Shown here: positions 9,161 to 17,840 of the stretch, piece after piece
Layout of the letters: each line of letters begins with the position of its first letter
Numbering within the stretch: the first letter of the stretch is position 1
Source of the DNA: a virus
Direction: 5' to 3' (one strand)
DNA: 64,000 nt
IMG/VR virus record: IMGVR_UViG_3300045988_142085
Coordinates: 128,001 to 192,000 of that record
Program-made: the position numbers and the translations under genes
Notes under the pieces: model-generated
The model's database searches: none
What the model was told of the DNA's origin: nothing
The model's input: only the letters and a program-made list of their open reading frames with translations

Positions 9161-11100
9161 ACTTTCTTAACAATCATCTTAGAATCAGATTCTTTTTTGC
9201 CAGATAAATAGACTGTTTCGCCATACTTAATATAAGGCAAATTATTTAAATAAATAGAACTGAATACGATCAAATCAATTTCGACGCCGCCACCAACATC
9301 GCCTTTACAAAATGCCATAAGATTGCCGGACTTATCTTTTCGTTCATCGACTTTGGTGATTCTAACTTTAACGTTTTCTACTTCTGTTTTATCTTCCATA
9401 GAAAACCATTCTGGTGTATATGTTACCGGGCAATTTAATGTGTCCATTTCAAAGCTCATAATAAGTTCCTTTCCATAATTATCATTATTTAAACGTTCAT
9501 CTTTATCTTTTCTTAAATCATAAAACTGATTCATTAATTTTAAACGATTACTTTCGATATTAGAGAAAGCACCCGACTTAATTAAAGATGAACCAACACG
9601 TTTATTAAACGCTTTTTTACCAATTTTATTCATAGCATCTTCTAAAGAAGTGTAAGGTCGATGTTCAATTATGGCAGGTATGGAAGATAGACCCACGCCC
9701 TTAATGGACCCAAGACCAAATAAGATAGTGTTTCCATTAGGAGTAAAATCGAGATTTGATACATTAATGTCCGGAACTTCAACGTCGATCCCTTCCTTTC
9801 TAACCAATGGAATATAACGAACTAAATCTTCTAAAGATTGCATCGATAAATATGCAGCAAAGAATTCTACTGGATGATACAATTTAAGCCAAGTAGTAAG
9901 CATACTGGTAAATGAGTAGGCTACAGCATGAGATTTGTTAAATAAATAATTTGAATATCCTTGTATTGTTTCAAAATAATCTTCCATTTCTTTCTCAGTA
10001 TAACCATTAGCAAGAGCACCTTTAATTTCAGGACCATATTTACCTTTAGGGTCATACCAAGGAGCTTTATCGTCTTGTTCCCAACCTTCTGGACCTTCAC
10101 AATTTTTCTTGCCATAAATATGACAACGTTTAAGCATAGGCATTTTATCTGCTTTTTTCTTGGCCAGAATTTTTCTAGAAAGTGAATCTGCTTGGTTATC
10201 ATCAAAGCCAGAAACTTGTTTAGAGATCATCATAATCTGCTCTTGATACGGGATTACAGAATATGTATTACTTAAAATATTATCGATACCGCGTAAAGGA
10301 GCAGTTAATTCCTCTTTACCTTGTTTACGCTTAGCATATTGATGGTGCATATTTGCACTTAATGGGCCCGGTCTCAAAAGTGCCGTGGTTGCCGCAATAT
10401 CGTCGAAGCAAGTTGGCTTCATCTCTTTTAAATAATCTTTAAACATATCAGATTCTAATTGGAACACGCAATCTGATTTAGCTTGTGCCAATAATTTATA
10501 TAATTTTTTATCTTCGATATCGAAGCTATCATATAACCATTGAACATCTTTATTTAAATGTCTTAATGTTGTTTCTATTATGGATAATGTTTTAAGACCG
10601 AGGATGTCGAGTTTTGCTGTACCTAGTTCTTCACATTCAGTACCTGTAAATAACGTAATTGTTACGCCGTCAGCATCAGTACGTGTCGGAAAATAATCAT
10701 CGACACGACAAGGCATTGCTAGAATACCAGAAGCATGAACACCGAAGTTACGTTTAAGACCTTCGAATGCACGAGCCAATCTAAATAATTCTTTATTGTC
10801 GACTTCTAATTTCTGCCATTTAGTATATAAAGATTTTTCTGTTTCGTTGCCATCTTTTAATGCATCATAATGTTTAAACTTTGGTTGAGGAGGTACGACA
10901 TCTTTAAAGTCGTCAATAATTTTAGATAATGCATTCATTTTATCGAATGGAATTTTAAGTGCGCGACCAATATCTTTTAGGCCAGATTTAACGCCCATTT
11001 GAGAATATGTACCAATATGCGCTACGTTACTTTCGCCGTATAAATCTTTAATATGTTCAATAACTTTGTCTCGACCAAAGTAGCTAAAATCTGAATCTAT
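9148..11100 (-). CDS. dnaE: DNA polymerase III alpha (DnaE-type), exon 2: C-terminal ~650 aa with palm C-part, fingers and OB fold
   Basis: The frame is open upstream of the first Met back to 11100 and encodes IDSDFSYFGRDKVIEHIKDLYGESNVAHIGTYSQMGVKSG..., which is the canonical continuation of the PDIDIDF palm motif. No start codon or RBS at the 5' end. An in-frame TAA lies immediately upstream, inside the intervening sequence. Confidence 0.8.
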   Translation of the reverse strand: MDSDFSYFGRDKVIEHIKDLYGESNVAHIGTYSQMGVKSGLKDIGRALKIPFDKMNALSKIIDDFKDVVPPQPKFKHYDALKDGNETEKSLYTKWQKLEVDNKELFRLARAFEGLKRNFGVHASGILAMPCRVDDYFPTRTDADGVTITLFTGTECEELGTAKLDILGLKTLSIIETTLRHLNKDVQWLYDSFDIEDKKLYKLLAQAKSDCVFQLESDMFKDYLKEMKPTCFDDIAATTALLRPGPLSANMHHQYAKRKQGKEELTAPLRGIDNILSNTYSVIPYQEQIMMISKQVSGFDDNQADSLSRKILAKKKADKMPMLKRCHIYGKKNCEGPEGWEQDDKAPWYDPKGKYGPEIKGALANGYTEKEMEDYFETIQGYSNYLFNKSHAVAYSFTSMLTTWLKLYHPVEFFAAYLSMQSLEDLVRYIPLVRKEGIDVEVPDINVSNLDFTPNGNTILFGLGSIKGVGLSSIPAIIEHRPYTSLEDAMNKIGKKAFNKRVGSSLIKSGAFSNIESNRLKLMNQFYDLRKDKDERLNNDNYGKELIMSFEMDTLNCPVTYTPEWFSMEDKTEVENVKVRITKVDERKDKSGNLMAFCKGDVGGGVEIDLIVFSSIYLNNLPYIKYGETVYLSGKKESDSKMIVKKVSLS

Positions 11101-12294
11101 CTTTTACACCCTAGCTTTCGCTATATTTATTAAGGAATAGACCATATCTTCACCATATTTTTATTTTTAAAATAAAAACTTAGGTTGCTCCATTTCGGGC
11201 TTATCACCCTACGTCCCTTTGGACTGGCCGTTGAACGTTCCCCTATTCGAGGCTTCGCTGCTGATTTTCCAATCTTGTCTTTTTTTAGCATATCACACTT
11301 TTGCTTATTTCATCAATATGTTGTAGCAAGACAAGCTCTAAGGATGTTCCAGCAATTTAGAGCTCTTTAAACTTTAGATTTCTCTAAAGCACGACTATTG
11401 TTTAAATTGCATAAATCTAAATATCTTTGATATTTTCTATTCAAATATATCGTTGCATTTTTATATAATAGATCTAAAATTTTTTGTGTTTTTAAGTTTC
11501 CACCAAATTCTAAAGACATAACTTCTTGATAATCTTTTCTTTTATAATATTTATTAGCAGAAAAGCCAAGTTTTTCTTCTATATAATTATTAACAAAATC
11601 AAGAAATTTTTTAGTTGAAACTAATTTAAAAGCATAACTGTTACTTAATTCTGTGTTGGTGTGAGCAATAGAACCATTCCCATCAAAATATCCTCGTATA
11701 AAATCTGATACATAATTTTCTAATAAAGATATGTCTGGAGGAATTAAAATATTTGTTTTGTGTTCTACTAAGTTATATTTTAATAAATCATTAAACATAA
11801 TTTCAGAATAATATATTATTCTACTATAGCTATTTTTAGAATAAGAGTTTTTAGTTGCTTCATATGTTTTAATGGGATGATTACTCTCTAAACTTTTATT
11901 TAATTTTTCTAAATGAGTATAATCACAAGTAGACAATGTAAGACCTACTTTGTATGAATTATTATTTTTAGAAATATATCCATCAGCCATTAAAAAACCT
12001 AACCAATATGCTTTTTCTTCTGTGTCTATTTTATTGAAAAATTTTTCATTAAAATGATAGCGTGAATTAGCTTCTCTATGAGATCTAGGCGTTAAATTTT
12101 TCTTAATAAAGTATGAAACTTTTCCAGTACTAATACCTAATTCTTTTGCTATATATGGTGATCCATGTTTTTTATTATATAAATCTACAATTTTATTTTG
12201 AATTTCTTTTGATAATTTTGACATATATGTTACCTCATATTTATATTGATTTATAAATATTATAACATATATAATTATCTTATGCAATCATATA
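11101..12294 (-). mobile_element. Intervening sequence (probable group I intron, ~1194 nt) interrupting dnaE; carries a LAGLIDADG homing endonuclease ORF
   Basis: Exon 1 ends ..CCA GAU (last nt U) and the IVS ends ..UAAAAG (last nt G), matching group I conventions. Joining restores LPD|IDSDF in frame. The 3' 266 nt (11101..11366) is GC-richer and non-coding. The P1-P9 fold was not verified. Confidence 0.5.
11367..12224 (-). CDS. LAGLIDADG homing endonuclease, double-motif monomeric type, intron-encoded
   Basis: Motifs WLGFLMADGYI and IRGYFDGNGSI about 100 aa apart. Probable start is Met22 of the listed ORF (ATG 12224..12222) with GAGGU 8 nt upstream. N-terminal HTH-like region. Confidence 0.8.
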   Translation of the reverse strand: MSKLSKEIQNKIVDLYNKKHGSPYIAKELGISTGKVSYFIKKNLTPRSHREANSRYHFNEKFFNKIDTEEKAYWLGFLMADGYISKNNNSYKVGLTLSTCDYTHLEKLNKSLESNHPIKTYEATKNSYSKNSYSRIIYYSEIMFNDLLKYNLVEHKTNILIPPDISLLENYVSDFIRGYFDGNGSIAHTNTELSNSYAFKLVSTKKFLDFVNNYIEEKLGFSANKYYKRKDYQEVMSLEFGGNLKTQKILDLLYKNATIYLNRKYQRYLDLCNLNNSRALEKSKV

Positions 12295-13686
12295 ATCTGG
12301 CAAGCCTGTTCTGTCGATAGTCAAAAAACGACCGAACAGTAAATCATATTTAATAGGATCGATATTTTTAGTGATGCCAATACACCATAATACTAAACTA
12401 CCTGCAGCGCTCCCGCGTCCAGGACCAGTCATTACACCATTATTATCGGCCCAGTTAATATATTCACGAACGATAAGCATATAATCAGCGAAATCTTTAT
12501 AGTTAATAATGTTAAGTTCATACGCTAAACGTTGTTCATATCGTCTAATATCGTTAGCGATATAATCATATCTTTTTGCTAACTCATATAAACCTTTGTA
12601 AGCTAGTTCACGCAATTTACGTTTAGTATTTTTAACGCCAGGAAGTTTAGGCATTAATGGTACATCACTGCCTAATTTATATTCGCCGACTTTATTTGCG
12701 ATTTCTTGAGTATTATGCATTGCTTCTAAATATAAAGCATATTTTTCACGAGCAACACTTACTTCAGTTTCAGACGTATTAATTAAATATTTAAATCCGT
12801 CTTGCATTTCTTCTTCGTTTTTAAGCCAGAAGTTATGATCGTATTTCATACGGTTAGGATTATAAATATCGGTGCCAGTGCCGACACATACTAATACATC
12901 ATGATCTTTATTATCCTCTTTGAGGACATAATGTACATCGCTTGTCGCAACGAGTTTAATATTATGCTTCGTCGACATTGTTAAATAAAAATTATTTACT
13001 TTGACTTGGTCGTCGAATGCATTAGGTTGAACTTCGAGATAGAAGTCGTCACCGAAAATATCTTTATATTCTAAGATAAGTTCTTCGGCTTTTTCTAAAT
13101 CGTCTTTACGAACACGACTTGCTACCATATTCGCAACACATGCTGTCGTACAAATAACGCCTTCGCTATATTTACGAAGCATCGGCATATCGAACAAAAA
13201 GCGCCCGTTGTATGTACATACTTTAGCAGATTCACTTTGTAATTTAATTAAATTATTTAACCCTGTTTGATTTTTAGCTAATAAGATTAAATGATATTGT
13301 CTTGTGTCGTACATATGTTTTTCTGCACGAGCCTTAATATCTTTAATGCCTTTAACGCCTTTTTTGCCGGACGCTAAATCTTCAGCTTCTTTTTCTGTTA
13401 AGTCTCCGGCTTCTTTCGCCTTCAAAGCCGCATCGGCCCAGCGTTCTTCAACAGGTTTAGATAATGAAAGAGTGTCCCATGTTTGATATCCTTCATAACC
13501 TAAGATAGGCTTAACACCTTGTTTTTTACATTCTTGTAAAAATTCATAAATACCGCCCATATGATTATGGTCTGTGATGGCTAAACTTTCCATACCGAGT
13601 TCTTTAGCACGGCTAACTAACTTCGGTATATGACAATAGCCATCTAAAAAGCTATATGATGTATGTACATGTAAATGCGTAAACAT
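12295..13686 (-). CDS. dnaE: DNA polymerase III alpha (DnaE-type), exon 1: PHP domain plus N-terminal part of palm
   Basis: MFTHLHVHTSYSFLDGYCHIPKLVSRAKELGMESLAITDHNHMGG is a PHP domain. GPGRGSAAGSLVLWCIGITKNIDPIKYDLLFGRFL is a PolIII alpha palm signature. AAGGAGG RBS before the ATG at 13686. The coding frame terminates 5 codons into the IVS. Confidence 0.85.
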
Positions 13687-13748
13687 TTTATTATTCCTCC
13701 TTATAAAAAATATAATTGTTTATCAACAAATATATAATATTATGTATA

Positions 13749-14987
13749 CTATTCTAACCAATAAATTTTATTAAATTTCCAAATTAATTTACATTTTTGT
13801 GCGTTTACTTTTTTACAGTGTTTAGTTTTTGATTGAAAATTCAAAACTAATTGTTCTGGGTATAAAGCTGTAACATAGCCTGTGTGAATCTCTCCATTTT
13901 TATACGTATAAGAAACTAAATCTCTATGCTTAATCCCTAGTACATTATTAGTTTTTGCTTTTGATTTTCTCCTCATTGGTTTAATAGTCCATTCTTTTAT
14001 ATTGCAAGAATCTGGAATGTCATTTGTAATACATATAGCATCATTACTATGAGATTTTTCTATATTCCATTCAATTCTTTTATTCGCAGTTGCGCCGCCA
14101 TTAGTCAAATGCAATAATCCTAATTCAGATATTTTATTTCGTAAATAATTTTTACCTTGCATAACATGCATTGCATAATCGAATCGTTTAGGCTTAGAAT
14201 TAATTATTTTAAAATATTTATCTTCAAAATCTTTTTCTTTACCTTTTGTTTTGTCATGACATTTGAAACAAAGAGTAATTAAATTTCCAATAGTATCTGC
14301 TCCATGATATTTTCTTGCTCTTATGTGATGTACTTCTAATTTGCAATTAGATTTTCCACATTCTTGACATTTATAGTTATCACGAATAATAGTTGCTTTT
14401 CTAAGATTTTCATCTAAACGATTAGATTTTTGATATTGCCATTTATAAGGTTTATAATCGTCTGTCATTGCACGAATATCAATACAAACATCTTCAAGAT
14501 AATATTCTTTAATATTTATCCATTTATTTAGTTGATATAATACTCTTAAAATAGCATCTTTCTTTTGTTTAATAGTTGGTGTTAATCTACCGACTTTTTT
14601 GGAAGATGAGCGATTATTAAACCTCATTGGTCTATGTCTTTTATGGTAACGATGATATTGTCTATATCTACGTCTAGTATCCATCAAATGTTTCACATCT
14701 TGACGTTGTTCAATAATCCCTTTAAATACTACTTTATTTTTAGTAGAACATTTCTGAACAATAGCTATACCAACATGTATAGAACCATCGTCTATACCAC
14801 AAATTATATAACTTTTATCATTTTCATTAAATTCAACTTTTTTATTTAGTTGAATTACCATTGGGTATTTAGATTTTAATTTTGCTCTGCCTTTTCTAAT
14901 TAGATACCAGCCTTTATTCACTTTTGTTGGCGCTAATGGTTTATTATCTTTATCAATTACAAAGCAATATTCAATTTTATTTTCCAT
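13749..14987 (-). CDS. iscB: IscB-like RNA-guided nuclease (OMEGA family; RuvC-I / Arg-rich bridge helix / RuvC-II / HNH / RuvC-III), solo with no TnpA
   Basis: N-terminus [47 protein letters not shown] is PLMP-like. The segment [17 protein letters not shown] is Ruv[24 protein letters not shown] is the bridge helix. LEDVCID is Ruv[38 protein letters not shown] is [13 protein letters not shown] is RuvC-III. RBS AAGGAAGG before the ATG near 14987. The listed ORF extends 81 codons further upstream, probably spurious read-through of the omegaRNA region. Confidence 0.8.
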   Translation of the reverse strand: MENKIEYCFVIDKDNKPLAPTKVNKGWYLIRKGRAKLKSKYPMVIQLNKKVEFNENDKSYIICGIDDGSIHVGIAIVQKCSTKNKVVFKGIIEQRQDVKHLMDTRRRYRQYHRYHKRHRPMRFNNRSSSKKVGRLTPTIKQKKDAILRVLYQLNKWINIKEYYLEDVCIDIRAMTDDYKPYKWQYQKSNRLDENLRKATIIRDNYKCQECGKSNCKLEVHHIRARKYHGADTIGNLITLCFKCHDKTKGKEKDFEDKYFKIINSKPKRFDYAMHVMQGKNYLRNKISELGLLHLTNGGATANKRIEWNIEKSHSNDAICITNDIPDSCNIKEWTIKPMRRKSKAKTNNVLGIKHRDLVSYTYKNGEIHTGYVTALYPEQLVLNFQSKTKHCKKVNAQKCKLIWKFNKIYWLE

Positions 14988-15260
14988 TTCTGGAAACCTT
15001 CCTTTCGGAGTATTTTTCGTCTTGCCAATGTCGTGGATGGTGCATGTGTTTCTCTGTTGTCTATACAGGACGTTAGTATAGTTTCTTGATTGGCACTCAC
15101 AGAGCTTCAGACTGACGAGCACATCTAAAGGTGTGTCTTTAACCTTTTCCATAACGTAGTTCATATCTGCAGCATATCTTTCGATAGCAGCAATCACTAA
15201 GGCTAGAAACCTATTATCAAGCAAATACAAATAAGAAATATAATATATATTCGCCCACTT
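14975..15260 (-). ncRNA. Candidate omegaRNA scaffold for IscB (predicted from position and composition only)
   Basis: IscB omegaRNAs are encoded immediately 5' of, and overlapping, the iscB start. This ~280-nt interval is GC-richer than its surroundings and has local complementarity (e.g. CUCUGU...ACAGAG). The guide would lie at its 5' end near 15245..15297. Confidence 0.3.
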
Positions 15261-15297
15261 TTTCGTATTTTTATTTATAAAATAAATTACTTAATAA

Positions 15298-16962
15298 TTA
15301 GTCCTTAATTATACTTTTTACATTTAAAGTATATAGCCTAGGCTTCATGAAGTTTTTCTCGATATCGCCACACATCGTAATTCTATCGCCAACTTTAATT
15401 CCGAGATCTCCTAATCTCCATGCCCAGATACTTAATTTTGTTTTTCCGTCGAATACTGTATACAATATATTATCAGGATTATTTCCGCTCGGTTTAATAT
15501 CGAGAACACTTAAATCTTTTATTCTAACTTGTGGTTTCGTAAAAGTTAAATTGTCGAACGAGAATAAATTAAATGATTTATAAGATTCAACTGTTAAATC
15601 AGACAATTTAAGATCGATATATTCAGGTTCTTTAATCTCGATAGTAACTTCTTCAGGTGGCACATAGGATGCGATTTTTGCGCTCAGAGCGAGTTTAAAC
15701 TCGTTTTGCATATCTTTATATATCGTAAAGCCACAAGCGGCAGCATGGCCACCATATGAAGCTACAGAAGGTTCATTAAACAACAACCAATCTAATGGAT
15801 ACGTATTACTTCGAGCAGAACCATGAACTACTTCACTATCCGACAATCCAACAAAACTAGGTTTGCCGCTATATTCTTGTAAGCGTCCTGCAAGTATACC
15901 GATAATACCGACCGGTATTTCATCGTTAACGACAAGAGCTATTTCGCTATCATCGTCTTGCTTATCGTATTGTTTAATAATCCTTTCGCTAAAATCTTTA
16001 GTCAATTCTTTGCGTCGAGTATTATATTCTTCGACAGTATTACATGTTTCGATCGGTTCTTCACTTACATCGAATAATTTAATAGAAGCACCGATATCGA
16101 ATAATCGAGAACATGCATTTAACCGAGGAGCAATTTGCCAAGATACAAGATCAGCCGTAATAGCTTCCTTAGTTAGCATATCCAAGAATACTCGTAATGT
16201 GTTCGGTATTTGTTTTTTCTGAATCTGATTAAAACCTTTACGAACGATAGCTTGATTAATGTAACTGCTTAACGGCATTACGTCGGCAATAGTACCGATA
16301 GCCGTTAAATAAAGTAATTTATCGCTTTCATAATGATTATAGCCTAATTCATTTTCTATCGCTCTGCAGAAATAATAAGCGACACCAGCGCCGCATATTG
16401 CTTTTGCCCAGTGATCGCTTTCGGTTATATGTTGGTCAACGATAATTGTATCTGGTAAAATTTCTTGCGGTAAATGATGGTCAGTAATAAGAACCGGAAT
16501 ATTGTATTTCTTACAAAGTTCGACTTCTTCGACTTTAGTTATACCGTTATCGACAGTCATAATAAGCGGTTTAATTCGTCGCTCATATTTTTTATTAACG
16601 TCTTCGATAAACTTAACACTTAAACCATATCCATCGCTTCGTTCTGGAAAATATACTTCGCTATGAGTCGGAACAATTTTATTTAAAAACTTTTTCATAA
16701 TCGTTCCGCTTGTCATTCCATCGACATCATAATCGGCATATACATAAATATCTCGACCTTCTTTAAAGCATTGCACTAAAAACTTAGCTGCTTTATCGAT
16801 ATTTACAATCGGTTCTGTTTCATCGATGTTGAGTATCTTATCTTGGTCGTATAGAATATTATATGCTACGTCTAATGGAATTTGTTTTAGGGCGAGTATT
16901 TGCGCCACTAAATCGTTAACTTTTAAAGTTAACCTGTACTTATCTTTATCTATCATAAGCAA
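15298..16962 (-). CDS. recJ: RecJ-like single-stranded DNA exonuclease (DHH/DHHA1 phosphoesterase)
   Basis: DHH motif VLITDHHLP, Asp-rich metal site YADYDVDGMTSG, and DHHA1 signature YGGHAAACGF. Confidence 0.8.
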   Translation of the reverse strand: MLMIDKDKYRLTLKVNDLVAQILALKQIPLDVAYNILYDQDKILNIDETEPIVNIDKAAKFLVQCFKEGRDIYVYADYDVDGMTSGTIMKKFLNKIVPTHSEVYFPERSDGYGLSVKFIEDVNKKYERRIKPLIMTVDNGITKVEEVELCKKYNIPVLITDHHLPQEILPDTIIVDQHITESDHWAKAICGAGVAYYFCRAIENELGYNHYESDKLLYLTAIGTIADVMPLSSYINQAIVRKGFNQIQKKQIPNTLRVFLDMLTKEAITADLVSWQIAPRLNACSRLFDIGASIKLFDVSEEPIETCNTVEEYNTRRKELTKDFSERIIKQYDKQDDDSEIALVVNDEIPVGIIGILAGRLQEYSGKPSFVGLSDSEVVHGSARSNTYPLDWLLFNEPSVASYGGHAAACGFTIYKDMQNEFKLALSAKIASYVPPEEVTIEIKEPEYIDLKLSDLTVESYKSFNLFSFDNLTFTKPQVRIKDLSVLDIKPSGNNPDNILYTVFDGKTKLSIWAWRLGDLGIKVGDRITMCGDIEKNFMKPRLYTLNVKSIIKD

Positions 16963-16987
16963 CCGCCTTTCTCATATATTATAACAT

Positions 16988-17026
16988 ATAAATAAGAAAA
17001 AGGCGAGCATTATTCGCTCGCCTTCA
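16988..17026 (-). terminator. Rho-independent terminator after the sigma-factor gene
   Basis: Minus strand AAGGCGAGCG-AAUAAU-GCUCGCCUU followed by UUUCUUAUUUAU. The sigma-gene stop codon lies in the loop. Confidence 0.55.
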
Positions 17027-17840
17027 AAGGTTTTAAATATTTAGTTTTTAAGCCGGTAGCTTTTTCTAATTTTGTTAAAGCTAGTCGTCTATGCTTTCTA
17101 TATTTCGCTTCAGATATTCCTAATTCTTGTTGAATTTCTTTAGGACGTTTAGTCTGTACAAATATCTTAACAATGATATTTCGTTCAAGCTCATTAAGTT
17201 CATCGAATACATCGGAACAAGTTAATCCAGATAACCAGGAATCACTGAAGTTTCCGTTATCATCGATCGTAACTTGATCTTCGATATTCATATGATGCAT
17301 TGAATTGTAACCGTTAAGATTAACTTCTTCAAATGCAGTTCTATCATAGCCGTTATTAATTCGATCACGTAAAAATTTAGAAATGAAATGGAATAAGCGA
17401 TACTTAAAAACATACGTTACAAATGTATTGAAACTACGATTAGTCTTCTTATACGTCAATACCATTTGCGTAAATACATAATGAAGATCAGTCATTACGT
17501 CATTATTTTTACCGTAATTATCTCGAATAAGAGACAAAGATCGATTTACTTCGTTGAATTCAGTTTTAGATAACCGAGTATTCTTAAAGATTTTAAATCG
17601 TAAATTTTTATCGGCAATATATAGACAGATAAAATCACGAGAGACTTTATTATTTAAATATGTCTTTTCGTTAACTAAAAGATCGTAGAACATATTAATA
17701 AATGGCTCGAATCTAATGATTAATTCTTGCAATAACTCATCTTTTCTCTTATTATATTTAGTTTGTTGACACTCTAATACGATTGCGTCAATTTCCTCCC
17801 AAGCTTCTTTTTGTCCTTCGAGAACTTTATAGTCAGACAT
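17010..17840 (-). CDS. Phage-encoded sigma-70 family sigma factor (putative late-gene sigma)
   Basis: C-terminal region-4-like HTH ELGISEAKYRKHRRLALTKLEKATGL. Upstream region-2-like helical segment. Start overlaps the upstream gene stop (ATGA-type). Confidence 0.55.
   Translation of the reverse strand: MSDYKVLEGQKEAWEEIDAIVLECQQTKYNKRKDELLQELIIRFEPFINMFYDLLVNEKTYLNNKVSRDFICLYIADKNLRFKIFKNTRLSKTEFNEVNRSLSLIRDNYGKNNDVMTDLHYVFTQMVLTYKKTNRSFNTFVTYVFKYRLFHFISKFLRDRINNGYDRTAFEEVNLNGYNSMHHMNIEDQVTIDDNGNFSDSWLSGLTCSDVFDELNELERNIIVKIFVQTKRPKEIQQELGISEAKYRKHRRLALTKLEKATGLKTKYLKPLKASE

Noticed and set aside
9921-10205. Minus-strand 94-aa ORF and plus-strand 74-aa ORF nested within dnaE exon 2
   Set aside because: They are alternative-frame or antisense ORFs inside a well-supported conserved coding region, AT-rich and Lys/Ile/Phe-biased as expected by chance.
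11185-11370. Plus-strand 61-aa ORF inside the dnaE intervening sequence
   Set aside because: It is antisense to the GC-rich putative ribozyme core, with no RBS. The GC-rich structured RNA region accounts for the open frame.
9148-13686. Alternative that dnaE is a genuinely split gene producing two polypeptides (free-standing endonuclease insertion)
   Set aside because: Exon 2 lacks any start codon or RBS for 35 codons. The junction is seamless at codon level. The U|...G| boundary nucleotides and the GC-rich non-coding tail fit an intron better. Not fully excluded without a ribozyme model hit.
14988-15230. N-terminal 81 codons of the listed 493-aa ORF ([19 protein letters not shown]...)
   Set aside because: They have no counterpart in the IscB domain order. 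A better start (RBS AAGGAAGG plus ATG) exists at Met82, where the PLMP-like region begins. The stretch is more likely non-coding omegaRNA sequence that happens to be open in frame.
13687-15297. Search for IS200/605 terminal hairpins or a TnpA gene flanking iscB
   Set aside because: Neither the 62-nt region downstream of the iscB stop nor the 5' flank shows a clear imperfect-palindrome transposon end. No Y1 transposase ORF is present. The element is treated as solo or domesticated rather than an active IS.
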